DNA of 64,000 bases from Octopus vulgaris (GCA_951406725.2 OX597840.1:21452001-21516000); one strand, 5' to 3'. Positions 41,106 to 54,800 are shown, counted from the first letter of the stretch. The notes: a model not told the origin generated them from the sequence alone. Numbers and translations are program-made.

Positions 41106-41430
41106 GAAGGTGCGTGGCTCAGTGGTTAGGAAAGTCGGCTGACAATCGTAAGGTCGTGAATTCGATTCCTGGCAGTGCGTTGTGTCCTTGAGCAAGACAC
41201 TTTATTTCGTGTTGATGTAGTCCGCTCAGGTGGCAAAAATGAGTTGTACCTGTATTTCAAAAGGGCCAGCCTTGCCACATTCTCAGCCACGCTGAATCTC
41301 CTTGAGAACTACGTTAGGGGTTCGCGTGTCTGTCGTCTGCTCAGCCACTTGCACGTTCATTTCATGAGCAAGCTGTTCCGTTGAGCGGATCAACCGGAAC
41401 CCTCGTCCACGTAATCAACGGAGTGCCAGT
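41106..41430 (+). mobile_element. tRNA-derived CORE-like SINE
   Basis: GGCTCAGTGGTTAGG...TTCGATTCCT...TGTGTCCTTGAGCAAGACAC; related to 21575-21890 (-) and 9410-9560. Confidence 0.8.
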
Positions 41431-41610
41431 TTATAGTTTACGTGCACTTGCAGTGTTACAAAACAATAAATAAATAGCAGAGAGAGAGAGAAATTCGTCC
41501 CAGCAGCGGATAGCAAGAGCACCAAGTAGGGCCATTTCAAAAGGCGCATACTCGTTTGAACGAGAATTCGTCGTCTTTGATATACGAAAAAGTGAATAAA
41601 ATATTCACTG

Positions 41611-41652
41611 ATGTTGCGAATAGCCGCCCAACTGATTAAAAATACGGTTTAT
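41611..41652 (+). CDS. OXSM: Candidate first coding exon of OXSM (MLRIAAQLIKNT[VY]), N-terminal part of the mitochondrial presequence
   Basis: ATG at 41611; phase-0 GT donors at 41647/41653/41662 are compatible with the phase-0 acceptor at 43151; basic, non-acidic peptide; exact donor uncertain. Confidence 0.4.
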
Positions 41653-42069
41653 GTAACTGTGGTAATAATTAAAGTAGCGGCTGAAATGTATCTGACACTG
41701 GTAATTGCTGAGACGAATTTTCATTTCTTTTTCTCTGATAATTATTTTTTTCGTCCAGCACGTCCATAAGATATGTTATCTTTGGACAAATACTGCAGTA
41801 ACTGCCCAATCAATAGTCTGTATATCTTAAGTGTGATACATAAAGAATATCTCATGCTCCTTGCTTGGTCGAAACTTTAGGGTTCACTCATCACCGGGTA
41901 TCACCGGAGGTTGCAAACGGACATTAGCAAAAGAATTACTCTCTAAAAAATCACCCGGCTTTTCCCCTTGTCTGTTTGAGATTCGCTCCACAAGTGCTCA
42001 AAACCAAACAAGTGAGAAGCTATCATTAACAAGTTTTAAACTCTAGAGTTATCTATTCAAAGAAATAAA

Positions 42070-42307
42070 GGATCTTTTCACTTTGACCGGCAGATTTTTA
42101 AAATAATTTCTTTGTAACTAAACACTTTTAAACTTCGTATACTGGTAGAATGTGTTACATAAAACATTTTTTTCTCTTAGCTTTCTTGAGAAAATTCTGT
42201 AGTTTGTAAGCTATTTATGTAACACATTCTACCAGTATACGAAGTTTAAAAGTGCTGAGTTACAAAGAAATTATTTTTTAAATCTGCCGGTCAAAGTAAA
42301 AAGATCC
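42070..42307. mobile_element. MITE with about 80-bp TIRs and an 8-bp TSD
   Basis: GGATCTTTT(C)ACTTTGACCGGCAGA... inverted at both ends; TSD GAAATAAA at 42062-42069 and 42308-42315. Confidence 0.88.
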
Positions 42308-43187
42308 GAAATAAATTATTTCTATTTGCTTTAAAATTTTAAAAATCATCCTAATTCGAGCAATTATACATCTTCATACATATACGTTGGTTTCGTATTT
42401 CTCTACGCAACTGTTGCTGTGAATAACTCTTCCACTAAAAAAAAGTTATTAAACTAGAGAAATGTAATTATAAATTCTTAAATCATTTATTAAAGTCTTG
42501 AAACATCAATTAAATGTTAAATAAATTAATGATTATAATAAACTAAGGTTCTTCTTAACTTTCTTCCAACAACCTGATATCTTTCAAAGTGTGTTGTTCT
42601 GATGTAGTTTTGCATATTGATGACGAAAATAACATTTTTTCGGGAAATCATTAATAATATCAATAAATAAATATTTCGTTTTTGGATTTGGTTTGCAAGA
42701 TCCTTTATGTGAGTTCGTGTGTTGAAGCATATTCTGTTGCGTCTGGGGAGAGACATTCTCTTTTTCTGTGCCTTATTATGTAACACACTCACTGGTGTTA
42801 TATATTATAAGGCACAAAAAGAAAATGACTTCCCCAGACACAACAGAATAAATAAAACGGCATTCTAATATTTCTGGTTAATATCTCAAGTTTATTAATA
42901 ATAGTGATATCTTGACTCGTCTGTCTTTATGTTCTGAGTTCAAAGTCCGCCGAGGTCGATTTTGCTTTTCATCCTTTCGGGGTCGATAAATCAAGTACCA
43001 GTTGCGTACTGGGGTCGATCTAATCTACTGGCCCCTCCTCCCCCAAAATTGCGGGCCTTGTGCCAAGAGCAGAAAACAAGTGAAATCGTGACTAACGCAG
43101 TTACCTCCCTTCTTTCCTTCATTGATTTTGGTTTTGTTTTGAAATCTTCAGACGAAATCCTTCCTTGATCGGAACTTTTCAGGCCCT

Positions 43188-44492
43188 ATGGGTGGTCGAC
43201 GCGTGGTAGTGACCGGGGCTGGACTTGTGTCCTGCTTAGGAAGTGATGTCCAAAAAGTATGGCAGCGAATATTGGCCGGCGACTCTGGAATATCTTGTTT
43301 GAAGGACAAAGCTTACCAAAACATTCCGTGTCGCATCGCGGGGGTCGTTCCCCGATCGGGACAAAACGATGATTCGTCTGACATTGTAGACATCGACAGC
43401 TTTGTAACCCCTTCCCAGAAGAAGATCCTGTCTTTGTCTTCCATATACGCGTTAATTGCGGCCGAAAATGCCCTGAAAGATGCTCAATGGAAACCCGAAT
43501 CCGAGATGGACCGACTACGGACTGGCGTGGCCGTCGGAGTGGGCATGGTTGACATGGAAGAAATTTTCCACAGTGGTAAGACACTCTATGAGAAAGGTTA
43601 TAAAAAAGTGAGCCCTTTTTTCATCCCTAAAATACTTATTAATATGGCAGCCGGACATATAAGTATGAAGCATTCCTTGTGTGGTCCGAACCATTCGGTG
43701 TCGACAGCCTGCGCCACGGGGTTGCATAGTGTTGGCGATGCTTTTAGACTAATCAAATACAATTCTGCTGATGTAATGTTAGCAGGAGGTGTCGATGCTG
43801 CTGTCAATCCACTTGCAATTGCAGGCTTTGCTAAAATTCGAGCGTTGAGCACAAATTTCAACGAAGAACCACACAAGTCCTCGCGTCCTTTTGACCGTCA
43901 ACGCGACGGGTTCGTCATGTCGGAAGGTTCGGCTTTGCTTGTTCTCGAAGAATTGGAGCATGCTAAACAAAGGAATGCTCCCATTTATGCTGAAGTCCTT
44001 GGTTACGGTCTGACTGGTGACGCAAACCATATTACTGCCCCCAGAGAAGACGGGTATGGTTCTTACCATTGCATGAAAATGGCCATTGAAGAAGCTGGGG
44101 TCGATGTTTCAGCGATAAATTACATAAACGCACACGCAACCTCAACGCCACTCGGTGACGCCGCTGAAATCCGTGCCATTCGGCGGCTCTTCGGAGACCA
44201 CTGTGATAAATTGAAGATATCTTCAACTAAAGGCGCCACGGGACATTTACTCGGGGGAGCTGGAAGCATAGAAGCTTTATTTACTGTTCTCAGTTTGAAG
44301 ACTGGGGACATTCCACCGACGATTAATTTAGAGAATCCCGATGAAGAATTCACTGGATTGGATTTGGTTCCCATTCACAGCTCCAAACTTACTGACGATT
44401 CACAGCGCTGGGTTGCTCTTAGCAATTCTCTGGGGTTTGGAGGGACCATTGCGTGCGTCTGTTTCGGATCCATGCCTCTGTCCAAGTCTTAG
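43188..44492 (+). CDS. OXSM: 3-oxoacyl-[ACP] synthase, mitochondrial (FabF/KAS II family); the exon probably starts at 43152
   Basis: RRVVVTG start, STACATG (catalytic Cys), SRPFD, GFVMSEG, INAHATST and KGATGHLLG (two catalytic His), GFGG near the C-terminus; 434 uninterrupted codons. Confidence 0.96.
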   Translation: MGGRRVVVTGAGLVSCLGSDVQKVWQRILAGDSGISCLKDKAYQNIPCRIAGVVPRSGQNDDSSDIVDIDSFVTPSQKKILSLSSIYALIAAENALKDAQWKPESEMDRLRTGVAVGVGMVDMEEIFHSGKTLYEKGYKKVSPFFIPKILINMAAGHISMKHSLCGPNHSVSTACATGLHSVGDAFRLIKYNSADVMLAGGVDAAVNPLAIAGFAKIRALSTNFNEEPHKSSRPFDRQRDGFVMSEGSALLVLEELEHAKQRNAPIYAEVLGYGLTGDANHITAPREDGYGSYHCMKMAIEEAGVDVSAINYINAHATSTPLGDAAEIRAIRRLFGDHCDKLKISSTKGATGHLLGGAGSIEALFTVLSLKTGDIPPTINLENPDEEFTGLDLVPIHSSKLTDDSQRWVALSNSLGFGGTIACVCFGSMPLSKS

Positions 44493-46158
44493 CACAACCG
44501 CTACATTCACTGCCCTAAAAATTTTATCAACCAACTGAATTTGCTAGAAATAGCAGTCAAAATTTCTCAAAAACTCTTTCATTAGTTACAAACAAAAAAC
44601 AATCTAGGTCTTGAGATATATACTTGAAAATAGACAGGATGGTCATGGTTGGAACACCTTTAGTAATAAATATACTGACTCACGGCTAAACAACAACAAG
44701 GAACAACTCCCTATGTCTACACCTATTTGTTGTATTGGACCCTCTACATATCAACCAGGAAGCTGCTGTGTAGCTGCCCAGCTTGCTAGAAATAGCAGCA
44801 AAATGCTTTTGAATCATACCCGACCATCTTAAAGAAAAAAGAGTCTGTCCCAGATATACAAAAAAGATGCAAGAGTCAGGACTTGAACAACATTGCTCAT
44901 AAGTTTGCTCAATCAGGCCCTACCTGGGGTTATACAACAACATTCAGACCCTCCTAAAATGTGTGTACTCAGGCAAAAATGATAAAACCTTGACTTTGTA
45001 AGTTACTCTCACTGTACCAGGGGTAGGTTTTCTAAGCCCTTTTCTTTTCCAAAACCAAATCCAGTTCAACCTTTCTCTCCTCTAATTGTCTCTTAACTCT
45101 TCAGCATCCACATTACTTCATCAAATGTAATTCCTCTTCTTATTGCTTTGAATTAATCATGTATTATCATACATACATTGTTCACTTCCCAAACATTTGT
45201 ACATCGCTGCATATGCTTTATACGCATTTTTGATAAGCTGTGGTGCACCTGAACTCTGTATACAATAATTTCATTATTATTATTATCATATAGATTTGAG
45301 GTTTCAGTGATGTGATTGTTTATTTTTAGAATGACATTGTGTAGGGTTGGTGTGAGAGGCTGGATCTGGCCAGTTTGAACATAAACCAGGTGAAACATTT
45401 GAGCCTGGTATGACTGGTATAAACACTAAAGGGTTAAACTTGAGTCTACCTGTGAAAACCAAGATGTTATTAATAATCAAAGAAATTCTCTTCACCATTT
45501 CGGGTCGAATGATCGTTTGGCAAATTGTGGATTCTGACTGTCATTAACCAATCACTAATCAATTAGTTTACTTTGCTGTGCCAGAACATTCCGTGATCCC
45601 CACCCTTTTTTTTTGTTACCAACTAAGATCTTCTGCATTCACCCCTTTGTTACCAAAATTCTGTTGAAAAACACTTTGTTTCATTTAATTTGAAAACAAG
45701 GAAGAATTCAGTCAACAAACTTTGTCGTTGTTAATCTGGTGTTTGGAACATTAATTCACATGAAACTGAAGCAGGGAAGCTGTGCCATAGAATCAGGGAT
45801 GGTCTCTCAGGCAGGTCAGTGTGAAAAAGGGTTAAAGTATGCAGTTTAAAATTATGATTCCAATCAAAATTTCATTATAACATTGAATGACAAGATTCAA
45901 GTTTGTCAACATTATATATATATATATGTATAGAAATCTGGATGGTTTTATATTTACAGATATTTATTAATGTCACATGTTTTTATAAATCATATATTAG
46001 CGCTAATAGAGTGGACGCAAGCACTGATATATGATATAAGTTATATGATGCATAAAACCATGTAATATACAAATAAATATCTGTAAATATAAAACCATCC
46101 GAATTTCTGAGTACCTCATTTCTTCTTATATAAGATACCTGTACATCATCTCCAAACC

Positions 46159-46235
<77 letters not shown>

Positions 46236-48559
46236 ATATATATGTATATAAGCACAGGTGTGGCTGTGTGGTGAGAAGCTTTCTTCCCAACCACATGGGT
46301 AAATGTCTTTTATTATAACTGTGGCAAAGCAAAGCCATGTGAGTGGATTTTGTAGATGAAAACTGAAAGCAGCCCATCGTATATGTGTGTGTGTGTGGAG
46401 GTGCAATGGCCCAGTGGTTAGGGCAGCGGACTTGCGGTTGTAGGATTGCAGTTTCGATTCCCAGACTGGGCGTTGTGTGTGTTTATTGAGCGAAAACACC
46501 TAAAAAAAGCTCCACGAGGCTCCGGCAGAAGATGGTGATCCCTGCTGTACTCTTTCATCACCCTTTCTTCTGTTGGCCTGCTCGCTTAGCCAATGGGGTG
46601 GCGTCATTTGAAGGCTAAAACAATGCAAAGCGCATTGTGACCAGCGATGTGTAGTAACATCTGATAGCCTGATCTGTCACGGTGATATATATATATATAT
46701 ATATGTGTGTGTACATGAGTCTTCTAAGAGACCATTAGTCAGGGAGAAGATGCACTTGTATATCTGTCAGTAGAATGGGTATATAATCCGAATTTTATAG
46801 TACTAAGTATCCATCATGGCTGGTCTTACCAATCGGTTTTGTGCAAAAAATACAATGGAGTGTTAGGTTCTTTTGCTTCTGACTAAATCTACACGGCAAT
46901 GCCATGAGACGGATAACAAAATCTACAACAGGGGGGCATGTAATAACAACAACAACAACACAAAAAGATGGAGCTACACTATGATAAGTGGAATATTTTG
47001 GTATAAAGATAAAACGTTGGAATGATTTGTGACGTAAAAATCAAACTTGGTTTTATTATTATTAATTTTTCTGAAAATAAATTAATTTTTCTAAATCTCT
47101 TGATTATGTTGTTGATTATGAAAGACTTGGTGATTGTCCTTATTAATTAATTAATTAATTATTAATTAATTCCTGGCTAAGGTGGTGAGCTGTTAGAGTG
47201 TCATAAAAAAAGTGCTTTTTTCTCACCAACTCACTTTGTTTTTTTCTAGATGGATCATCCCTGTATACACAGCAAGACATCTATATTTGTCCCCTCAATA
47301 TATGAAATCTCTCAACTGGCACAAAGCCACAGACCCTCAATACTATTCCCCAGTTGAGGGGGTTTTCTCTTGCAAGGCACTTGGTGATCCTCTCAGCACT
47401 GGTGCCATGTAAAAACCACTGGTGCTGGTGCCACATAAAAAAGCTCCCCAGCACACTCCGTGGAGTGGTTGGCATTAGGAACGGCATCCGGCTGTAGAAA
47501 CCAGGCCAAAACAGACAATGGAACCTGGTGCGGCCCCTGGCCTTGTCAGCTCCTGTCAAAATGCCCTACTCATGCCAGCATGGAAAGCAGACATTAGAAA
47601 AAGAAGATGGTGAGGTGGTGGTGGTGGTGGTTTCTTCTGACACAGGTTCTGAGTTCAAATTCTGCCAAGGTCGACTTTGCTTGTCATCCTTCTGGGATTG
47701 TCAAAATAAATACTAATTGAGCACTGAGGTTGATATTAATCTTCTTGCTTCCTCTCCTCAAAACTGCTGGCCTTGTGCCAAAATTAGAAAGAATTATATG
47801 TTCCAACTCCTGTAGTGAGTGGCAGAACCATTAGTGTGGCAGATAAAGTGCTTTGTAGCATTTCTTCTAACTCATCACATTCTGATCTCAGGGCCACCCC
47901 TCCCCACTATTATATACGATAATCTTCTCTCAGTTTCCATCTACCAAATCAATGCACTTGGCTTTGGTCTGGGTCTACAGTAGAAGACAATTTCCCAAGA
48001 TGCCACACAGTGGGACTGAACCAGCGACCACATGGTTGGGAAGCAAACTTCTTAACCACACAGCCATTCCCACAGCTAAGCAATTATTTATACCCAGGTC
48101 ACCCCTAATCCATCTCAGTGATCAACCTTTAGGGGTAAGTTGATTGAATCAGCTCAAGTACTTGCCTGGTCCCTTTATTGCAAGGAATATAAAAGGCAAA
48201 GTTGACTTTGGTGTGAATCGAACTCGGAACGTTAAGCACCACAACAAATACTGCAAAGTATTTTACGTGAGATTCTAACCAAAATGTTCTTATAATAATT
48301 GTTTGAAAGAACTTGCTCGAATTTGTGTGACTCAATCATGATTCTTCCCCGAAGAGTTTGGTAAGTCGAAAGAGCAACATCAGATGTCTGCACAAAGATG
48401 ATCGATATAGTTTTTGCTGGATGGTTGACCCTTGTACATCTGTGTTGGGGCGAAGGACTAAGCAAGAACTAAGGAGTTCTTACTTAGTCCTTCAGCAATG
48501 TCCTGCAAAGTGCATGCATCTGCCCCTAATGTCATCAGTGATTGTAGTGTTTAATTAGA

Positions 48560-49050
48560 TGCCTTTTCTCTCGAGCTGGTCTGCTAAGCATTTACACACT
48601 TCTGAGGAGAGGGCAACTCAGATGGACAGGCACCCTTGTTTTACTGCCAGACACGCAACTCCCTACGAGACTGTTTTACAGCAAACTGACAGAAGGCAAG
48701 CACACACAAAAACGCTTTAAAAATTCACTCAAAAGCTTTATTGAAGAGCTTTAAGATCGACCCCAACACCTGGGAAACGCAAGCACAAAACTGCCCTACT
48801 TAGCGAAGCTGCATCAACCAAGGTGTCGTCCCCTGTAAACAGAACAGGATTGCAGGAACAGAAAGAAAACGTTGTGCCAGTCCAGAGCCAACTTTTTGCC
48901 CTTTATTCCCAGCAGACGACCAGTTGATGACCTGTGGCAGAGCCTTCCGAACACGCATCCGACTAATTGGCCACAACCAGACACATCACGACCCATCTTC
49001 TCCCCCTATGTGGTAATCGTCATTAACAACGGACGAACTAATAAAACCAC
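48560..49050 (+). mobile_element. Degenerate RTE (BovB-like) LINE 3' fragment
   Basis: QLRWTG...QLPTRLFY...IDPNTWE...CGRAFRTRIRLIGH (terminal Zn-finger-like motif), read across frameshifts. Confidence 0.7.
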
Positions 49051-51059
49051 GAAGCCTTTTCCAGATGAAACATCCATGAAGCAATAGTTTCAAATTTAGG
49101 ATTGGCAAAAATAAAATATTTGATTCGTTCCTTATTTTGTCGATCCTGGAAGGACGAAAGGCGAAGTTGACGTCAGTCGGAGTCGAACTCAGAAAGTATC
49201 CCTTGCCTCCTAAAATACAGCAAAATATTTCTTCTGACATTCTAGCGACTCTGCCAATCTATTCTTTTAAATCTTTTAGACGATTTTCCGCGAGATTTGA
49301 CTCTTGTTTCACGCAGGTCGGTCAGCCCTGCAGAAGCTACATTGTAATTAACGTTAGCACGAAAGTCGTGGATGAACTGAACATTGAAATCGACGTTCTC
49401 AATTAAATAGCATCAATGATGCAAGGGAAATAACTTCTCTAGACTTATTCAACAATTCCCTCGCAGTTATTTCCCTTCGACCATCTCCATTCTTGTAATC
49501 GCAATCTTCAGCTGGAGACCAAAGCAAGAACCATTCTATTTCCCTCCCAGCCTCAGACGAAGAGCAAGACTTCGAAATGTTGATGCAGAGTCTCACCACA
49601 ACCCTCTAATAGTGAATTTTTTACCTATAAAACTTCTCCTTATTAAGGTGAGGCCAACAAAGCCTTCCTTTGTCGTAAGTCGTTCGACCTGCAACAAAAG
49701 CAACTGAATCGCCTTTAAATCCAAAAAATAAGTCTTAAATAAAGAAAGAATACATTAGAGACAGAAGAACTAAAAGAAAGATTAATAAAAAACGGGGTGG
49801 TCACGGTTGGAGTCCCCGCGAAAATTTGTCCGATCAGAGCTGATCCGGAAACTAAACAACAAAACCATTCACGTGTTCTCGATATCAGACTGTTTTGATA
49901 TCATCTTTTTTTGTTTTATCACTAAAATCAATCGGTTCATCCCACCCGTCCGTCCGTTCGTCTGTCCGTCTCCTTTCATCCGAGCTCAAACGCGCACAAA
50001 CCCCCAGTTGGGTACAACCGTCCAATAAGTTACAAAAGGGACGCAAAGGCTTCTGTAATTTTTCGGCAAAGTTCTGTGTGTGTGTGTGTGTGCGTGCGTG
50101 TGTGTGTGTGTTTTTGGTGTGTGTGTGTGTTTGTGTGGTGTGTGTGTGTGTATTTGTATATGTGGTGTGTGTGTGTGGTGTGTGTGTGTTCATTCTTCTC
50201 TTTCTCTTTTAAATTTAGAGTAGATTTCGACCAGCCATCAAGTTGGTAGCAAGGTTGAGAAGGAAAGCATCTTGTTTTAACCAATGGTCCTTTAAAGGCC
50301 TTGCAGAGTTTTAGAAACCCAGACATCGTGATCATTTGTAGTGTATGAATTAGGATTTGCACCCTCTACCCAAGAACCCAAGTTCAACTATACTTTGCTC
50401 CAGGCACGTTGGTGGGTGTGTGTGTGAATGAAAATCTGCAAGACTTTAAGATTTAAAGGACAATGATTAAAATGTATGTATGCATGTATAGGGTCTTCCT
50501 ATGATGCTGACATGCAGTGTCTGTGCAAGACCCTGCCTCAGTAAAGCTGGACTCAAGAATCATCTTCGTAGTTATAAAGCGAGTCAGATGAGTGACAAGC
50601 TGTGTTGGACTCATGATTGTAAGATTGTGGTTTCGATTCCTGGACTGAGTGATGTGTTGTGTTCTTGAGCAAAACACTTCAGTTCACATTGCTCCAGTCC
50701 ATTCAGCTTTCAAAATGAGTGACCCTGTGAAGGACTAGCATCCCATCCAGGTGGGGAATATATACGCCATGGCAACCAGGAAACCAGGAAAACAGCCCTG
50801 ATGAGAAGGCATGGGTCAAGGAGATAACTTTACCTTTTTTAGTCATGGAAGAAGCACAATATGCTGTACCTGTCATAAGCTAAAGATGTGCAAATGATGT
50901 AGAGGAATAAGAGGCTGACCAACAGAAAAAGGAAGCATTGTACGTGGAAGATGCACAGGAGCAATGTGTCTTAAAAGTAGACCAGATGTAGATTCTCAGA
51001 TGAAATCCTCAGCTGACTCGTGATGGGTAATTAACAGCTTGTGTTACATTGGTGACATA

Positions 51060-51345
51060 ATTAATGGGAGAAGTGGTTGTGCAAAAAGGTAGAAGTAGTA
51101 CCAGTAATTTTTGGAGCCCTGGGAACAGTGAGCAAAAATCTCGAGAAGTATGTGGAACAAATAGGGGCTGCAATAAGGGTGAAGCCCCAGCAGAAAACAG
51201 CACTGCTTGGAACTGCTCGAATACTCTGGAAGGTGATTGGAAAATAAGAGGTGTTACCTTAGTTCACTTGTAGTGAACAGCTGACACGGTAGTACATCTC
51301 CAGCATTAGAAGTTGTGCAAAGACAATAATAATAATAATAATAAT
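51060..51345 (+). mobile_element. R4/Dong-like LINE 3' end with an (AAT)n tail
   Basis: GTVSKNLEKY...QKTALLGTARILWKV*, short UTR, then (AAT)n. Confidence 0.75.
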
Positions 51346-51449
51346 GGCCCTAAGGTTGGGCAGACACTCAGCAAGATGTGGAAACAAAATTACAAAAAGA
51401 AGATAAAGATAATAATAATAATAGCAATTACAATGATGATGATGATGAT

Positions 51450-51691
51450 AAACACCATCCGATCGTGGCCGTTTGCCAGCCTCGTCTGGCACCTGTGCCG
51501 GTGGCAAGTAAAAGCACCCACTACACTCACGGAGTGGTTGGCATTAGGAAGGGCATCCAGCTGTAGAAACACTGCCAGATCTGACTGGGCCTGGTGCAGC
51601 CTTTGGGCTTCCCAGACCCCAGTTGAACCGTCCAACCCATGCTAGCATGGAAAGCGGACGCTAAACGATGATGATGACGATGATAGTAATA

Positions 51692-51747
<56 letters not shown>

Positions 51748-51832
51748 GGTGGTGGTGGTGGTGGTGGTGGTGGTGGTGGTGGTGGTGGTGGTGGTGGTGA
51801 TGATGATGATGATGTTAATAATAATAATAATA
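51450..51832 (+). mobile_element. RTE LINE tail ending in an expanded (GAT)n(GGT)n(AAT)n tract
   Basis: One unit of the 61-bp repeat plus the shared tail. Confidence 0.8.
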
Positions 51833-54800
51833 CTAAAAACTCACAAGTAAAGCTTGGGTTAGCAGTAAAGTCCACACAACCTTTGATGCAAAATCTTATC
51901 TCTGCCCATTGTATCAATATCTCAATTCATATTGTCTCCTTGGTTTACTTCTCTGAAACAAAGAGAATATGTTTTATTTTTTTGCTCTAATTATCTGCTT
52001 AATTACCTCTAATCACAGTTTGATATTCACTTCTAACATCGATGTTAAAAATCTAGGCCTACTTTTTATTCTTTTCTTTTTTAATTCAAGGTAAATGCTT
52101 TTTGTTACAAAATAAAATTTAACTTTAAAACCCACCCAAAGTCCTGAAAAGAATCCTCTTGAAAACCACAACAAATTAAAATATTTACAAAACCACAACA
52201 AATTAAAATATTTACAAAATTTTATCTTTTTAATGCATACAACAAGTTACATAATATAGGTGCTGGTGGCTTTCTTATTTCTTTATTGCCCACAAGGAGT
52301 TAAACATAGAGGGGACACACAAGGACAGACAAAGGGGTTAAGTCGATTACAGCGATCCCAGTGCGTAACTGTTACTTAATTTATCTACCTCGAAAGAATG
52401 AAAGGTAAATTCGACCTCGGTGGAATTTGAACTCAGAACGTAACGGCAGACGAAATACCGCTAAGCATTTCGTCCGTCGTGCTAACGTTTCTGCCAGCTC
52501 ACCACCTGATGTGGTATATTACCGATATTCCCAGCCCCGGAACATAGCAAACTATTGCAAACAGAGAAATGAAAGACATTGTTCTTGTTTTGATATCCAC
52601 TTTTCCATGCTTGCATGGGTCAGACAAAGCTTATTGAAGCAGATTTTCTCCAGCTGTCTGCCTTTCCTGTTGGCAACCCTCCAGACAAGTCAGACTAAGT
52701 AGAATCGCTGTCTTCCACACATACAGGCTTCTCCTTTCAGATGCCGGTGCCACATAAAAAGCACCGGTGCCACTGTTGTCTAAGTGCACCTGCACCAGTG
52801 TGGGGGCACATGGCCTAGTGGTTAGAGCAGCGGACTCGCGGTCGAGGGATCGCGGGTTCGTATCTCAGACCGGGTGATGTGTGTGTTTATGAGCGAAATA
52901 CCTAAGCTCCACGCGGCTCCGGCAGAAGGTAATGGCGAACTTCTGCTGACTCTTTCGCCACAACTTTCTCTCACTCTTTCCTCCTGCAAAGGACCAGCGT
53001 CCTGTCCAGGTGGGGAACCTATACGCCAAGGAAACCGGGAAACTGGCCCTTATGAGCCAGGAATGGCTCGAGAAGGAACAACCAACCAACTAACCTGCAC
53101 CAGTGGCATGTAAAAAGTTCCCAGCACACTCTGTTGAGTGGTTGGCATTAGGATGGACATCCAGCCATAGACACCATGCCACAACAGACAGTTGGAGTCT
53201 GGATGGCTCCCTGGATGGTTAGTGAATGTTTAACGATGATGAGGATGAGGATTGGAAATGAATGACACTGCTTGGAAGTCAAGACAAGGAGACAACACAC
53301 ACACTCTCACACACAAATACACACACACATATATGATCATTGTTTGCATTATTTACATGCCCACGGGCATATGGTGTAGGGGTTAAGAGCATGGGCTACT
53401 AACCCCAAGATTCCGAGTTCAATTCCAGGCAGTGACTGTAATAATGACAATAATAATAATAATAACATCGAAAAATACCTTAGGAATGAGACCCCAGGTT
53501 CGAAATTTCCCCAAGACACCTGATGAAGGCTGGAGGGTATATCAACCGAAACAAGATGAGGACACATATCCGTCAAATGTAAATAATGTAAATAATGTAC
53601 ATAATTCCTCATCTCTTCAATATAGAACATATATGACCATCCCCACCTGCAGCTTCCCTCCAATCACAAGAAGACACTTACCCAGGGATTGAACCTGAAA
53701 CGATGAATCTGGGAAGCTAGCTTCTCAACCACACCACCCTTCATATACCTTTTACTCTTTTACTTGTAGCCATGCTGGAGCACTGCCTTAAATGAATTGA
53801 CCCCTGTACTTATATTTGTTTTAAGCTTGACACTTATTCCATCAGTCTCTTTTGCCGAACCACTAGGTTGCAGGAATGCGAACACACCTGCACCAGTTGT
53901 CAAGCGGTGGGGGGGGGGACAAACATGGACACAAAGACACACACACACATATATATGTCTGATGGGCTCCTTTCAATTTCCATCTATCAAATCCACTCAT
54001 AAGTGGTGCCACATAGTGGAACTGAACCTGGAACCATGTGGTTGGGAAGCAAGCTTCTTACCACACAGCCATACCTGTGCCTATCTATTTCCATATATAT
54101 ATATATATTTATAGCCATTTATAACCCATTTCTATTAAATCCTGCAACGTCCTCACATAATATGGATATTTGTAAGGAAATGGTTCTGTTGACATGCTCT
54201 GATTCAGAAGAAATAACTGGGTCAGGGACTTCAGTCCAGTCGTCCATGAAATGTTGTACAGCATTTAAAGAGCAAGGAAAACAATACCCTACAAGTTGAG
54301 GGTCACAACTCAAGAAGCTCTGGGTTCCTGCAGATCTTACCATACAAAAGCAGAACACTTGAGGAACATCAATTTTTTTTTACGTCAAGTCCTAGGACAC
54401 ACAGACACACATTTATTATTCTTACAGAAGAATGTTGTTGACAGTGACATCGAAGTTTCAGCCAAGTTAAGCCATGGTTGGAAGCCTGATGATGGCTTGG
54501 CTGACCGACACTTCGAAGTCACTGTCAACAAGATTTTTGTTTAAGAATAATAAATTTAAAGTATACTAGCCATCTGAATATGGCTAACCACTAGGGGTGG
54601 GGGTGGTGTTACTGTAGCTTTTTAGCCCCAGGAGAACATCGTCTCCAGCTGGCCTTAGACACAATTCCTGTGCCCTTATGATATTCGCAATAATATTCGC
54701 TAATAATAAATTTAAATCTACAAAACTATAGAATAACCCATCAGACTGAAGTAAAATTGTTTTTATTAGAACTGAATTAATACCATCCACAGACCTACGA

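Noticed and set aside
43188-44492. Bacterial fabF by horizontal transfer or contamination, suggested by the lack of introns
   Set aside because: Embedded among host repeats, has a splice acceptor and presequence-like extension, no operon neighbours; the sequence fits mitochondrial OXSM (a phylogeny would settle it)
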